Positions 49,758-58,746 of a stretch of DNA of 64,000 bases are shown in pieces. The DNA is taken from the NCBI GenBank assembly GCA_043767845.1, contig JAYUFZ010000018.1, positions 3,312-67,311 on the forward strand. The letters are read 5' to 3'. The stretch comes from a bacterium (GTDB lineage: Bacteria > Patescibacteriota > Saccharimonadia > UBA4664 > JBBRNT01). The translations under genes were made by a program, and so were the position numbers. Under the pieces are notes generated by a model, which had not been told where the DNA came from, ran no database searches, and saw only the letters and a list, made by a program, of their open reading frames with translations. Position 1 is the first letter of the stretch. Every line of letters begins with the position of its first letter.

Positions 49758-49776
49758 TTCATGTTTCGCAAAACGC

Positions 49777-49805
49777 TTGACACTTCGGCTTATGTTCGGT
49801 AAAAT
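49777..49805 (+). promoter_or_regulatory. lexA promoter with candidate LexA operator
   Basis: TTGACA-N17-TAAAAT; the spacer contains the direct repeat TTCGG-N6-TTCGG. Confidence 0.7.
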
Positions 49806-49840
49806 GCTTATGAAGGATATTAATCTAGTAAGGAGGGCAT

Positions 49841-50461
49841 ATGGCCGAACCACTCACCAGGCGTCAAAAAGAAGTATTAGACTTTGTAACCCAATACATT
49901 GAGGTCCATGGCTATGCGCCGAGCTACCGCGAGATCGCTTCGGCTTTCAAGCTGGGCTCTGTGGCTACCATTGCCGAGCATGTGGAAACGCTCGTCACCA
50001 AGGGCTTTTTAACCAAGCGCGACAACGACGCCCGCTCGCTGCAAACAGTGAAGATCGAAGAGTTCGAGAGTGAGCGCTCTGTGGGCCTGCCCATCCTCGG
50101 CCTCATCGCTGCCGGTCGACCCATTGAGGCCATCGAAGGCCACACCGAGACCCTGGAAGTTCCGCCGTTCATGGTTGGCCGCAAGCACTCCTACGTATTG
50201 CAGGTCAAAGGCGACAGCATGATCGAAGACGGTATCTTTGATGGTGACTACGTCGTCATCCAAGAAAAAGACATTCCCTCCAATGGCGAAATGGTCGTTG
50301 CTCTCATCAACGGTGGCGAAGCTACCCTCAAGCGCTACTACAAGGAAAAAGACCACATTCGCCTGCAGCCAGCCAACAATGCTTACAAGCCAATCCTCGT
50401 GAAGCCCGGCACTCCCATCACTATTCAGGGTATCTGCATCGGCGTAATACGTAAATACTAG
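49841..50461 (+). CDS. lexA: SOS repressor LexA
   Basis: LTRRQ..V, PSYREI, IAAGRP cleavage site, GDSM, TLKR. Confidence 0.95.
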   Translation: MAEPLTRRQKEVLDFVTQYIEVHGYAPSYREIASAFKLGSVATIAEHVETLVTKGFLTKRDNDARSLQTVKIEEFESERSVGLPILGLIAAGRPIEAIEGHTETLEVPPFMVGRKHSYVLQVKGDSMIEDGIFDGDYVVIQEKDIPSNGEMVVALINGGEATLKRYYKEKDHIRLQPANNAYKPILVKPGTPITIQGICIGVIRKY

Positions 50462-50682
50462 ATCAAGACCAGATCGCATTGATCACTACAAAAAGTCAGA
50501 TCGAAAGACCAAATGAAAGTTAGGTGGGGCGAACATGAATAAACGACAAATGAGAGCAACATTTCGAAAATACCTCTTTGGGTTCACCTTTGAGGTAATA
50601 AGCCCGGCCACGGACTCAGACGGAGCTAGTCAAAGTCTGCAGGTAAGCGACGATATCTCACGAATCGATCTAAACAATGAAG

Positions 50683-51864
50683 CTACTTATACAGATGTTC
50701 GCGAGTTAGCGGGCGATCGTAGTCAAAGCCCTTACTAAACACCCAGTGCGAGAGGCCAAGGCTACCACTCCGGAATGCGGCTACACAGCCCGCTAGGTAA
50801 AAGCGCCACATACGGTAGAAGTTTTCATCGAAATCTTCAATAACCTGCTCCTTGTTCTCTTCAAAACGCTTCGACCATTCTAGAAGGGTGCGCGCATAAT
50901 GAGGACCAATGTTCTCATAGTCGGTTAAGTAAAAGTTGTATTCTGGTAAAAGCGCAGTAATTTCACGAATACTTGGTATGTAGCCGCCCGGGAAGATATA
51001 GCGGTCGAGCCATGGGTCGACTGAAACTTCCTTTTGCTGGCTAATGCTGTGGAGTACTGAAATACCCTTGGGCTTCAGTAGCTTATCGACGACCTCGAAA
51101 TACTGGCGATGGTTGTGTTGGCCGACATGCTCGAGCATACCCACACTTACAACGCGGTCGAAAGTCTGACCCAGCGTTGGTGTGTCTTGGTAGTTCATAA
51201 GCTCGAAGCGCACTTGCTTCTCAACACCTTGTTCCTTGGCATATTCGCGGGCCCTAGCGACCTGCTCGGAGCTCAGTGTTACACCAACCCCGGTAATTCC
51301 GTATTGTTTTGCAGCCCGTACAAGTAAGTATCCCCAGCCACACCCTAAGTCGATAAGCGATTGGCCTTTTTTGAGCTGAAGTTTCTTGATAACGTGGTCG
51401 TATTTTTGGACCTGGGCTTGTTCTAGGGTGTCATTATCGGTTTTATAGTAAGCACAGGTATAACCCCAGGCTTCCTGGTCGAGCCAGAGGTGGTAGAAGT
51501 CATTGCCCAGGTCGTAGTGTTTGGCAATGTAGTCGCGTTGCTTGTGCTTAGTATTTTTGTTCTCTGTTTTGCCACCCCGAAAGCGCTTAAGTCCTGCGCG
51601 CGTGACGTCGTAATTGAAATGGCCTATCTCAAGCAAATCGGCAATCGGCTCGCTTATCAATAAGTCGCCACTCATGTAGCTCTCGCCAACGCCGAGGCTT
51701 ACGTTGGATATAATGGCTCGCAAAGCCTTGATGTTTTTAATGGTGATGTGCGACGATGGCTTTCCGGAGCCGTAAGTCTGGGTGTCGCCGTCCCAGAGCG
51801 TTACCGTTACAGTGCCGACTTTGGTGCGGCTGAGGATCGATGCGAGGAGTCGTTTTTCTAACAT
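50683..51864 (-). CDS. cfa: Cyclopropane-fatty-acyl-phospholipid synthase
   Basis: GESYM.G, HYDLGNDFY, YTCAY, DLGCGWG, SVGMLEHVG, YIFPGG, HYARTL..W, RMWRFYL. Confidence 0.92.
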   Translation of the reverse strand: MLEKRLLASILSRTKVGTVTVTLWDGDTQTYGSGKPSSHITIKNIKALRAIISNVSLGVGESYMSGDLLISEPIADLLEIGHFNYDVTRAGLKRFRGGKTENKNTKHKQRDYIAKHYDLGNDFYHLWLDQEAWGYTCAYYKTDNDTLEQAQVQKYDHVIKKLQLKKGQSLIDLGCGWGYLLVRAAKQYGITGVGVTLSSEQVARAREYAKEQGVEKQVRFELMNYQDTPTLGQTFDRVVSVGMLEHVGQHNHRQYFEVVDKLLKPKGISVLHSISQQKEVSVDPWLDRYIFPGGYIPSIREITALLPEYNFYLTDYENIGPHYARTLLEWSKRFEENKEQVIEDFDENFYRMWRFYLAGCVAAFRSGSLGLSHWVFSKGFDYDRPLTREHLYK

Positions 51865-51950
51865 GAGGGTATCATAGCATGCGATATTTGAGTTGTCAGG
51901 ACGGATTGCGATCTGTCGGCGCCTACTATAAACAACCAACACTCTTATGA

Positions 51951-51980
51951 TTGACTCACCCCCGTATTCTTGCCTATACT
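51951..51980 (+). promoter_or_regulatory. Putative tRNA promoter
   Basis: TTGACT-N18-TATACT. Confidence 0.55.
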
Positions 51981-52076
51981 TTACAGGTGCTAGAGGTGGT
52001 AATTTAGCCTCAAATAGTTTACACTCTCTGTCTAGTCAGTAGTCTCGCGGCCGAAATATGGCCCGTAATCCCGTAA

Positions 52077-52151
52077 TCCGAAGTAGCTCAGTGGTAGAGC
52101 AGTTCGCTGTTAACGAATTGGTCGTCGGTTCGAATCCGACCTTCGGAGCCA
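52077..52151 (+). tRNA. tRNA-Asn(GTT)
   Basis: Cloverleaf: TCCGAAG/CTTCGGA acceptor stem, GCTC/GAGC D arm, GTTCG-CTGTTAA-CGAAT anticodon arm, GTCGG-TTCGAAT-CCGAC T arm, encoded CCA. Confidence 0.97.
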
Positions 52152-52186
52152 AGAAAAGAGTCGAGCTTATGCTCGGCTTTTTTCTT
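52151..52186 (+). terminator. Intrinsic terminator after tRNA
   Basis: AGTCGAGC-TTAT-GCTCGGCT plus T-tract. Confidence 0.8.
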
Positions 52187-52199
52187 GCCGTTCGCAGAA

Positions 52200-52289
52200 C
52201 CGGATTCGAACCGAAGGTTCGGCGTAGTCAAGGCTAGCCATAAGCTAGACGAGCGACGAAGGCGTAGCCGCTATCCGACCTTTGGAGCC
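52200..52289 (+). repeat. tRNA-derived repeat unit 1 (inverted T-arm ... tRNA 3' end copy)
   Basis: CGGATTCGAACCGA is the reverse complement of the T arm; ATCCGACCTTTGGAGCC is 16/17 identical to 52134-52150. Confidence 0.75.
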
Positions 52290-52365
52290 GCGTAATTATT
52301 ATGGCTCAAGAAAGCTAGTAAAATCATCAAGAGACCTTCAGGTCTCTTTTTGGTATGATGGGCTT

Positions 52366-52671
52366 ATGAAGATTTCAATAAATGAACTACGCGAGAAGTT
52401 ACTGGGCACTTTGCAGGAAAACTTCAGCAAGGAACAATCTAACCAGGTAGCCGATGTGTTGTTATGGTGTGATATGTCTGGCATTAACATCATGGGCACC
52501 ATGAAGTTAACAGGTAGTGAACCGCTCCAAAACATAACGCCAAAGTATGATATGAAGATCGACAGGGAGACCAAGCTCTCTGCGCTCATTGATGCTGGGG
52601 CTAACCCGGCGCCCCTAGCCGCTCAAATCGCGACCGATATGGTTATAAAGAGCTCGGCTACATTTAAATGA
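52366..52671 (+). pseudogene. Truncated Ldh_2-family (malate/lactate dehydrogenase-like) oxidoreductase N-terminus
   Basis: VADVLLWCDMSG...G.., ALIDAG.N....A...A.DM.I; only 101 aa of a family normally >300 aa; ends overlapping the next gene. Confidence 0.6.
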
Positions 52672-53588
52672 GTATACTGCGCCTACTGATCCCTCTACTT
52701 CTTATCATCTTGGCGGGCTTCGTATCGGGTAAAGTTAGACTATTTGATGATAATAGCCGAAAGGCTCTAGCTAAGTTTGTATTCTATATAGCAACTAGCG
52801 CTCTGATAATTAGTTCTATAACGTCAATCCAGCTTAGTGATCTAAATAAGTTCCCTCGATTTGTTTTTGCCAATACTTTCATTGTTATTCTGACCTACAT
52901 TGCCACCTATATTGTGCTACGCATGATGAAGGTCAGCTATAAGACCGGTGCGAGTATTCTCTATGCCGGGAATGTAGCAAATAACATCTACCTCGGCCTA
53001 CCACTTATTAGAGCGCTGTATGGTTCGAGGGGATTGATCTACGCCATTGCTTTTCTAGCGATCCCAATGACGGTCTCAGACATTGTAGACTTTTATATCC
53101 TGAGCCGGTGGAGAAAGGGGAAGGTCTCTCTCAAACTAATACTCAACGACTTCATCAAGAATCCCATTGTTGCCTCAACTCTTGTTGGTATTGTGTTATT
53201 ACTTTCGCGAGCCACCCTGCCAAACGAAGTTAAAGATGGTCTAGATTACCTTGGGGTCTCGGCGACCGGCATAGCTCTGTTTGCTATGGGTGTATTTTTA
53301 TCATTATCCTCCTGGAAAAGGTTCAATGTCAGAGCCTCTGTAGCAACTACAGTAGCCAAACTGGTCGCCGCACCAGCAATAGCTTATTTTTTAGCACGAT
53401 TTTTGTTTAATCTTCAAGGCACGCCATTGTTCATTTCGGTTATCATGGCATCACTACCTTCGGCTATCTTCTGTATGGTCGTAGCGTCCGAATACGACTT
53501 CGATGAGAGAAACACTGCAGACTCCATTTTGCTCAGCACAGTTCTATTTTTATTTACATCAATATTCTGGGTTGCAGTGCTTAAGTAG
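52668..53588 (+). CDS. AEC (auxin efflux carrier) family transporter
   Basis: KFVFYIA, N..YLGLP, KNPIV, KLV.AP, SLPSA; about 10 TM segments. Confidence 0.88.
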   Translation: MSILRLLIPLLLIILAGFVSGKVRLFDDNSRKALAKFVFYIATSALIISSITSIQLSDLNKFPRFVFANTFIVILTYIATYIVLRMMKVSYKTGASILYAGNVANNIYLGLPLIRALYGSRGLIYAIAFLAIPMTVSDIVDFYILSRWRKGKVSLKLILNDFIKNPIVASTLVGIVLLLSRATLPNEVKDGLDYLGVSATGIALFAMGVFLSLSSWKRFNVRASVATTVAKLVAAPAIAYFLARFLFNLQGTPLFISVIMASLPSAIFCMVVASEYDFDERNTADSILLSTVLFLFTSIFWVAVLK

Positions 53589-53755
53589 GGATGTTAGAAG
53601 ACTGCATCAGCGTTCTAGCGTCCTCCACCACTCGGAGCCAATCCAGAATAGATGAAGTTAGAACTATTAATTCAGTTCTGATTTTTTGTGTACGCAGAAT
53701 AGAGTTGAAACTCAGGACTTAAACCTCTCCATTAACAGTTTGGTATACTGAGCTA

Positions 53756-54205
53756 ATGAACCACGAAGATATTATGAAACTAGCACTCCAAGAAGCTGAG
53801 TTGGCAGTACGCGAAGGCAACGCTCCATTTGCATGCATCGTTGTTGATAAAGAGTGTGGCGTCGTTGCAAAAGATCATGATCGCGTGAAGGAACTTATGG
53901 ACCCAACCGCACATGGCGAAGTGAATGCCATTCGCTCGTTATGCAAACAGCTAAATTCTCTATCACTCAAGGAATATACTTTCTATACAACATCCGAGCC
54001 TTGCCCGACATGTATGACCGCAATGATTAAAGCCAAAGTACCGGCAGTATACTATGGGGCAAAAACGGAGGAAGCCGCATCATTACCTATTCCTGCAGAG
54101 TTTATCGCGTCTAAATCTCTAAAATCTCCAATATCAGTGACAGGTGGCATTTTAGTAGAAGAGGCACTTGAGCAAAGAAATCGTCTGTTAGCTATGATAG
54201 GCTAA
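53756..54205 (+). CDS. Nucleoside/guanine deaminase family protein
   Basis: PF, DPTAHGEVNAIR (HxE), EPCPTC (PCxxC). Confidence 0.9.
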   Translation: MNHEDIMKLALQEAELAVREGNAPFACIVVDKECGVVAKDHDRVKELMDPTAHGEVNAIRSLCKQLNSLSLKEYTFYTTSEPCPTCMTAMIKAKVPAVYYGAKTEEAASLPIPAEFIASKSLKSPISVTGGILVEEALEQRNRLLAMIG

Positions 54206-54250
54206 AATCGAACTTAATAGCGGTCATAACTTCCTCTATCGTAGTGAGCC

Positions 54251-54289
54251 AAGAAAATGACCTCACCTTACGGGGGGTCATTTTCTTTG
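54251..54289. terminator. Intrinsic terminator preceded by a tRNA-3'-like sequence
   Basis: AAGAAAATGACC...GGTCATTTTCTT 12 bp IR. Confidence 0.75.
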
Positions 54290-54297
54290 ATTCGATG

Positions 54298-54389
54298 CCG
54301 GCTCGAACCGACGACGCGCATGACTATGCGCAAGTCGGCGGGGCGGCGAAGAAGGGCTTTAACCCGCTATCCGACCTTCGAAGTCACCA
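54298..54389 (+). repeat. tRNA-derived repeat unit 2
   Basis: CCGGCTCGAACCGAC (inverted T-arm-like); CCGCTATCCGACCTT identical to 52268-52282; ends ...CACCA. Confidence 0.7.
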
Positions 54390-54498
54390 TTACGGCGCGA
54401 CAGGCGTTAAAACAATCGGATCATTCATACGGAGACTGCTCGTCTGCCCTGACAATAGGTAACTTGCATCTTATATTCAAACATGCGAATATAGTAAT

Positions 54499-55008
54499 AT
54501 GTATCACAAACTCTTTAGCTTGCAGGAAGATGTTTTCAAAGTAATCGCCAATCAAAAACGGTTGGAGCTTATCCAGCTGCTGAAAAGCCAGGAACTCACC
54601 GTCTCCGAGATGGTCGAAATGCTTGGAATCCGCCAAGCCAACCTCTCTCAACACCTGTCCTTACTGCGTTTGCACGGAGTTGTAACTTCGCGCAAAGTCG
54701 GTCTAAATGTGTACTACAAACTGACCGATGAGCGTATCGCTGAGGCAACGTTTCTGATAAGGGAATTTCTCATGAGCCAGCAAAAGATCGACCCAGCGGT
54801 GGTGCATGGCATAAGCAAGGCTGAGGGTGCACTCTACCCAATCGTTCTCGACCCGGTCTGCCGTATGCGAATTAGCTCATCTGAGGCCGGCGCGGTGGTT
54901 GAACATAAAAGCCAAGCTGTGTATTTCTGCGCCGTTGGTTGTAGGGATAAGTTCGTGGCTAACCCCGGGCACTATTCCCTAACCAGCAAGGAGGCCTCAA
55001 ATGGCTGA
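54499..55008 (+). CDS. ArsR/SmtB regulator fused to a YHS domain
   Basis: FKVIANQKRLELI..L, NLSQHL..L; DPVCRM...YFCAVGC; upstream IR TATATTC-N8-GAATATA. Confidence 0.85.
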   Translation: MYHKLFSLQEDVFKVIANQKRLELIQLLKSQELTVSEMVEMLGIRQANLSQHLSLLRLHGVVTSRKVGLNVYYKLTDERIAEATFLIREFLMSQQKIDPAVVHGISKAEGALYPIVLDPVCRMRISSSEAGAVVEHKSQAVYFCAVGCRDKFVANPGHYSLTSKEASNG

Positions 55009-57142
55009 TCATGAAATGAATACTGAGTCCAATATGCAGCCAATGGTAGGCCATGAGCACCATGCACACACAATGGGAAATGACAAAATGTCAGGGTGGC
55101 AAAAATTCAAGATGAGCATGAGTATGACCATGGGAATGGATCACACGGGGCTAGCCGGGCGCGAAATGGCCAAAATGATGGAGCTGGATATAAAGCGCAA
55201 ATTCTTTTTCGCTCTGCTGTTTTCAATACCGATTATCGGGTATTCGCCACTGGGAACGAACTTACTCAAACTCAATCTACCCCAACCCATCCCTTCTGCC
55301 TGGATAATGCTCATTCTTACCACGCCGGTGTTCTTCTATGCGGGTTGGATATTCTTGTATTCGAGCTATTATGCACTTAAGGCCAAAACACTCAACATGG
55401 CCGTACTCATCGCTACGGGAATTTCGGCTGCTTACTTTGCTAGTATCGGCCTAACACTTGCTGGCAGTCCCGATTCGTACTATGAGGCGGCGGCCCTTTT
55501 GATTACTTTCGTGCTCTTCGGGCACTGGATGGAGATGAAGTCGCGGCGGGGGACGACTGATGCATTACAGGCTTTATTCGACTTAGTCCCACCACAAGCC
55601 CGGCTTATCCGAAATGGCAAAGAAGTAATGGTAGCTACAAGCGAAGTCCAAGTGGGCGATATAGTGGTACTCAAGCCCGGCGACAAAGTGCCGGTCGATG
55701 GGGTAGTAATAAGCGGCGAAACATCGATTGATGAAGCGCTGGTGACCGGCGAATCATTGCCCGTGAGCAAAGCAAAGGGCGACCAAGTGACCGGCGGCTC
55801 AATCAACCAGTCGGGGACCGTACAATTTAGGGCCATCAAGGTTGGTTCAGATACAGCGTTAGCTCAAATAGTTAAGCTGGTGGAAAATGCCCAGAACTCA
55901 AAAGCGCCCGGCCAGCGTCTGGCCGATAAATTTGCCGGATATTTAGTGATCCTGGCCGTATCGTCGGGTATTCTTACGTTTGCGGCCTGGTCATTGTTCT
56001 CGAGCCACGGCTGGCTCTTTGCACTTACGCTCGCCATTTCGGCGGTTGTTATTGCCTGCCCCGACGCTCTGGGGCTTGCCACGCCCACGGCCGTTGCTGT
56101 AGGAACCGGCCTCGGCGCTAAGCATAATATTCTCATCAAAGACGCTGCGACCCTTGAACAGGCTGCAAAAATCCAAGCCGTTGTGCTCGATAAGACGGGC
56201 ACGTTAACAGAAGGAAAGCCTAAAGTTACTGATGTAGTAGTGGCCAGAGGCGTGCAGCAAGATGCTTTAATCTCTTTCGTCGCAGCAGCCGAAAGTGGCT
56301 CAAGCCATCCTCTGGCTCAAACCGTTATGAATGAAGCAAATAAACGAAGTCTGAAACTCGGGAACGTGACGAAGTTCGCCAACCTAGCCGGTCTGGGCGT
56401 AGAGGCTATGGTCGATGGTACGAAGGTGCTTGTCGGAACCGAGCGGCTCATGAAGGACAAGAGCATCTCAACAAAAGTACTGCAGCCCGACATAGACCGA
56501 CTACTAGTGGAAGGCAAGACGCTGATGATCGGTGCCATTGATGGTAAGGTGGCGGGGGTCATCGCGGCATCCGATGAACTTAAGCCGACCGCCCTGCGGG
56601 CAATCACGGCTATGAAGGAGCTGGGGCTAGAAGTAGTCATGATCACTGGCGACAACCAAAAAACTGCCGATGCCGTCGCTGGACAACTTGGTATCGAAAG
56701 GTACTTTGCCGAGGTGATGCCCGCCGATAAGGCCAATTATGTTAAAAAGCTGCAGCATGAAGGAAAGTTTACGGCAATGGTTGGCGATGGTGTCAATGAT
56801 GCCCCGGCTCTTGCCCAGGCCGATATTGGTATCGCTATTGGCGCGGGCACGGACGTTGCCATTGCTACCGCAAAAATCGTCCTCATGAAGTCCGACCCGG
56901 CAGACATTATCCGGGCAATCCGCCTCAGCAAAGCAACCATCCGCAAAATGAAGCAAAACTTAGGTTGGGCGAGTGTCTACAACATCGCCGCGATTCCCAT
57001 TGCCGCAGGCGTGCTATACCCGGCTTATGGGATTTACTTGCGGCCTGAAATTGCGGCTCTACTGATGTCTGTTTCATCAATCTTTGTGGCGATAAACGCC
57101 GTAATGCTCAAGCGGGCAGAAAAACAGCTAGTGGAGGTGTAG
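55001..57142 (+). CDS. Copper-translocating P1B-type ATPase
   Basis: TGES, CPDALGLATP, DKTGTLT, HP, GDGVNDAP, YN (TM7), MSVSS (TM8); Met/His-rich N-terminus. Confidence 0.93.
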   Translation: MADHEMNTESNMQPMVGHEHHAHTMGNDKMSGWQKFKMSMSMTMGMDHTGLAGREMAKMMELDIKRKFFFALLFSIPIIGYSPLGTNLLKLNLPQPIPSAWIMLILTTPVFFYAGWIFLYSSYYALKAKTLNMAVLIATGISAAYFASIGLTLAGSPDSYYEAAALLITFVLFGHWMEMKSRRGTTDALQALFDLVPPQARLIRNGKEVMVATSEVQVGDIVVLKPGDKVPVDGVVISGETSIDEALVTGESLPVSKAKGDQVTGGSINQSGTVQFRAIKVGSDTALAQIVKLVENAQNSKAPGQRLADKFAGYLVILAVSSGILTFAAWSLFSSHGWLFALTLAISAVVIACPDALGLATPTAVAVGTGLGAKHNILIKDAATLEQAAKIQAVVLDKTGTLTEGKPKVTDVVVARGVQQDALISFVAAAESGSSHPLAQTVMNEANKRSLKLGNVTKFANLAGLGVEAMVDGTKVLVGTERLMKDKSISTKVLQPDIDRLLVEGKTLMIGAIDGKVAGVIAASDELKPTALRAITAMKELGLEVVMITGDNQKTADAVAGQLGIERYFAEVMPADKANYVKKLQHEGKFTAMVGDGVNDAPALAQADIGIAIGAGTDVAIATAKIVLMKSDPADIIRAIRLSKATIRKMKQNLGWASVYNIAAIPIAAGVLYPAYGIYLRPEIAALLMSVSSIFVAINAVMLKRAEKQLVEV

Positions 57143-57186
57143 CCCGTAGCCGCATGTGATCAACGCAGCTGTTAAATAAGGAGTAA

Positions 57187-57696
57187 ATGAACATGGAATC
57201 ACACAACCCCGGTCCTATCAGAAGCAGTTTAGCGATCCTAGCCATCAAGCTGATATTGGTGGTGATGTTAGCCGACATTGGCTACGCATTGGTGTTCTAC
57301 TTGTTGACGCTCCAGTTCGCAGTACCGCTGGACTGGCATCACCACATTTCAGTTGGACTTGCAGCGTTGCAGCTGTTCAAAATTATCATGGAAGTAGCAT
57401 TGGTGGTATTTGTGACGCTTGATTGGTCCAACATGGTCTATGAATTTAGCGGTCAAAACCTCGTTATAAAACACGGCTTCTGGCGAGCTACCGAGGACAT
57501 TCACGAGCTTAAACACTTACGCCTGGCACATATCAAACAGTCGCTGATAGGGAAGTTCTTGGGCTTCGGTGATATTGTGCTGATCAGCAGCATGCCAGGC
57601 AGTGATCAGGGCAAAGTTGTCCTCTATGGTGTAGCCAACCCAGTTAGGTTTGACCCGATCATAAAGGCTTGCCTAGCTCAAGGTAGTCAACAGTAA
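57187..57696 (+). CDS. Membrane protein with bacterial PH domain
   Basis: Two TM segments then L.IKHGF...Q.LIGKFLGFGDI; AAGGAG RBS. Confidence 0.7.
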   Translation: MNMESHNPGPIRSSLAILAIKLILVVMLADIGYALVFYLLTLQFAVPLDWHHHISVGLAALQLFKIIMEVALVVFVTLDWSNMVYEFSGQNLVIKHGFWRATEDIHELKHLRLAHIKQSLIGKFLGFGDIVLISSMPGSDQGKVVLYGVANPVRFDPIIKACLAQGSQQ

Positions 57697-57813
57697 CGTG
57701 CAATTGATCGCACGGAACATTAGTAAAGAATAGCGATTATACCAAAGATACCTTATGGGGGTTGTTGGTTATTCTTAGTCCTATTTGCAAGCTGGCTGAC
57801 CTCCGCTAAATGG

Positions 57814-57863
57814 TTGACACAAACCCACACTTAAATTATAGTTAACCAATAAGTTAACTATAA
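57814..57863 (+). promoter_or_regulatory. Promoter and palindromic ArsR operator
   Basis: TTGACA(57814)-N17-TATAGT; perfect 11 bp IR TTATAGTTAAC-N6-GTTAACTATAA (57836-57863). Confidence 0.8.
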
Positions 57864-58198
57864 TGAATATACCATACGATTCTCCCCCGCTAGATAGTGC
57901 GCTCAACGCTCTTGCCAACGCAAAGCGCCGCAGTATTATTCATGAACTCGCTTTTCATCCCGTTACTGTGACGATCCTCGCCCAAAGTAATGGGCTTACC
58001 CTGCCGGCTATTCATAAACATATTCGCATATTAGAAAAATCGAATTTAATTGTTCGCAAGAAGAGCGGTCGTACAAACTTTGTGGCGCTCAACCAGGACA
58101 CGCTTGCTATGGTACAAAAATGGATCATGCAATATCAGACCGGATGGGGGAGCGGTGCTGCCTCACTAGAAAATTATATTTCTGGGATGAAAACATGA
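57863..58198 (+). CDS. ArsR family transcriptional regulator
   Basis: ALANAKRRSII..L, PAIHKHIRILE..NLI.R.K.GR. Confidence 0.88.
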   Translation: MNIPYDSPPLDSALNALANAKRRSIIHELAFHPVTVTILAQSNGLTLPAIHKHIRILEKSNLIVRKKSGRTNFVALNQDTLAMVQKWIMQYQTGWGSGAASLENYISGMKT

Positions 58199-58257
58199 AT
58201 CCTGGGAGTATTAAGGTTACTAATCATGGCTCAAATGGGCCAGAAGGAGATTATAAA

Positions 58258-58557
58258 ATGGGAAAGTATGTATACGTATATTACGCCGGCACAGACACAG
58301 ATGCGGGCGACAATGAGGCGTGGGGCAAGTGGTTTGGCGTACTCGGCGACAAGCTAATGGATGCGGGAAATCCTTTTAACGAAGGCGGTCAAGCAGTCCA
58401 TATGGGTGGCGTAATGGCTGTTGCTGATAAGCCAGTCACCGGCTACAGCATCGTAACAGCCGATAGTATGGAGGCAGCCGTCGAGCTCGCCAAGGGCTGT
58501 CCGCTTGTGGCATCCAAAGACGGTGCAGTCTGTGTCTATGAAGCCTTACCTATGTAG
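58258..58557 (+). CDS. YciI-like protein
   Basis: AAGGAG RBS; W..WF..LG..L.D.GNP, TGYSIV.A.S.E.A.E.AKGCP. Confidence 0.78.
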   Translation: MGKYVYVYYAGTDTDAGDNEAWGKWFGVLGDKLMDAGNPFNEGGQAVHMGGVMAVADKPVTGYSIVTADSMEAAVELAKGCPLVASKDGAVCVYEALPM

Positions 58558-58581
58558 TCAGCCGGGTAGTGCTATAGTGAC

Positions 58582-58616
58582 AAATAAAGGTCCCGCCATG
58601 CGCGGGACCTTTATTT
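58582..58616. terminator. Intrinsic terminator
   Basis: 15 bp IR AAATAAAGGTCCCGC/GCGGGACCTTTATTT. Confidence 0.85.
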
Positions 58617-58675
58617 TAGGGTAGTAGGAAGTGTCACTTGCGCTAAGAAATGATAGTTTTATTGATGAATGAAAC

Positions 58676-58710
58676 TTAGTGTTGACAGAACACAAACAAC
58701 GGCCTAGTAT
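58676..58710 (+). promoter_or_regulatory. Promoter with 21 bp palindromic (NrtR-like) operator
   Basis: TTAGTGTTGACAGAACACAAA overlaps TTGACA-N17-TAGTAT. Confidence 0.6.
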
Positions 58711-58746
58711 GTAAGTGTACGATGTACATTAACATAAGGAGCAGAG

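Noticed and set aside
50535-50738. 67 aa ORF downstream of lexA with an AGGTGG RBS-like sequence and short AGATC..AAGACCA repeats upstream
   Set aside because: It overlaps the cfa 3' end by 56 nt and has no recognisable motif; it could be real but cannot be supported
52282-52365. 5' extension of the Ldh_2 fragment ORF
   Set aside because: It starts inside the tRNA-like repeat and crosses a terminator hairpin; the leaderless ATG at 52366 fits better
54298-54389. Possible second tRNA ending in CACCA
   Set aside because: No D arm or anticodon arm, and the T-arm-like sequence is inverted; treated as a repeat unit
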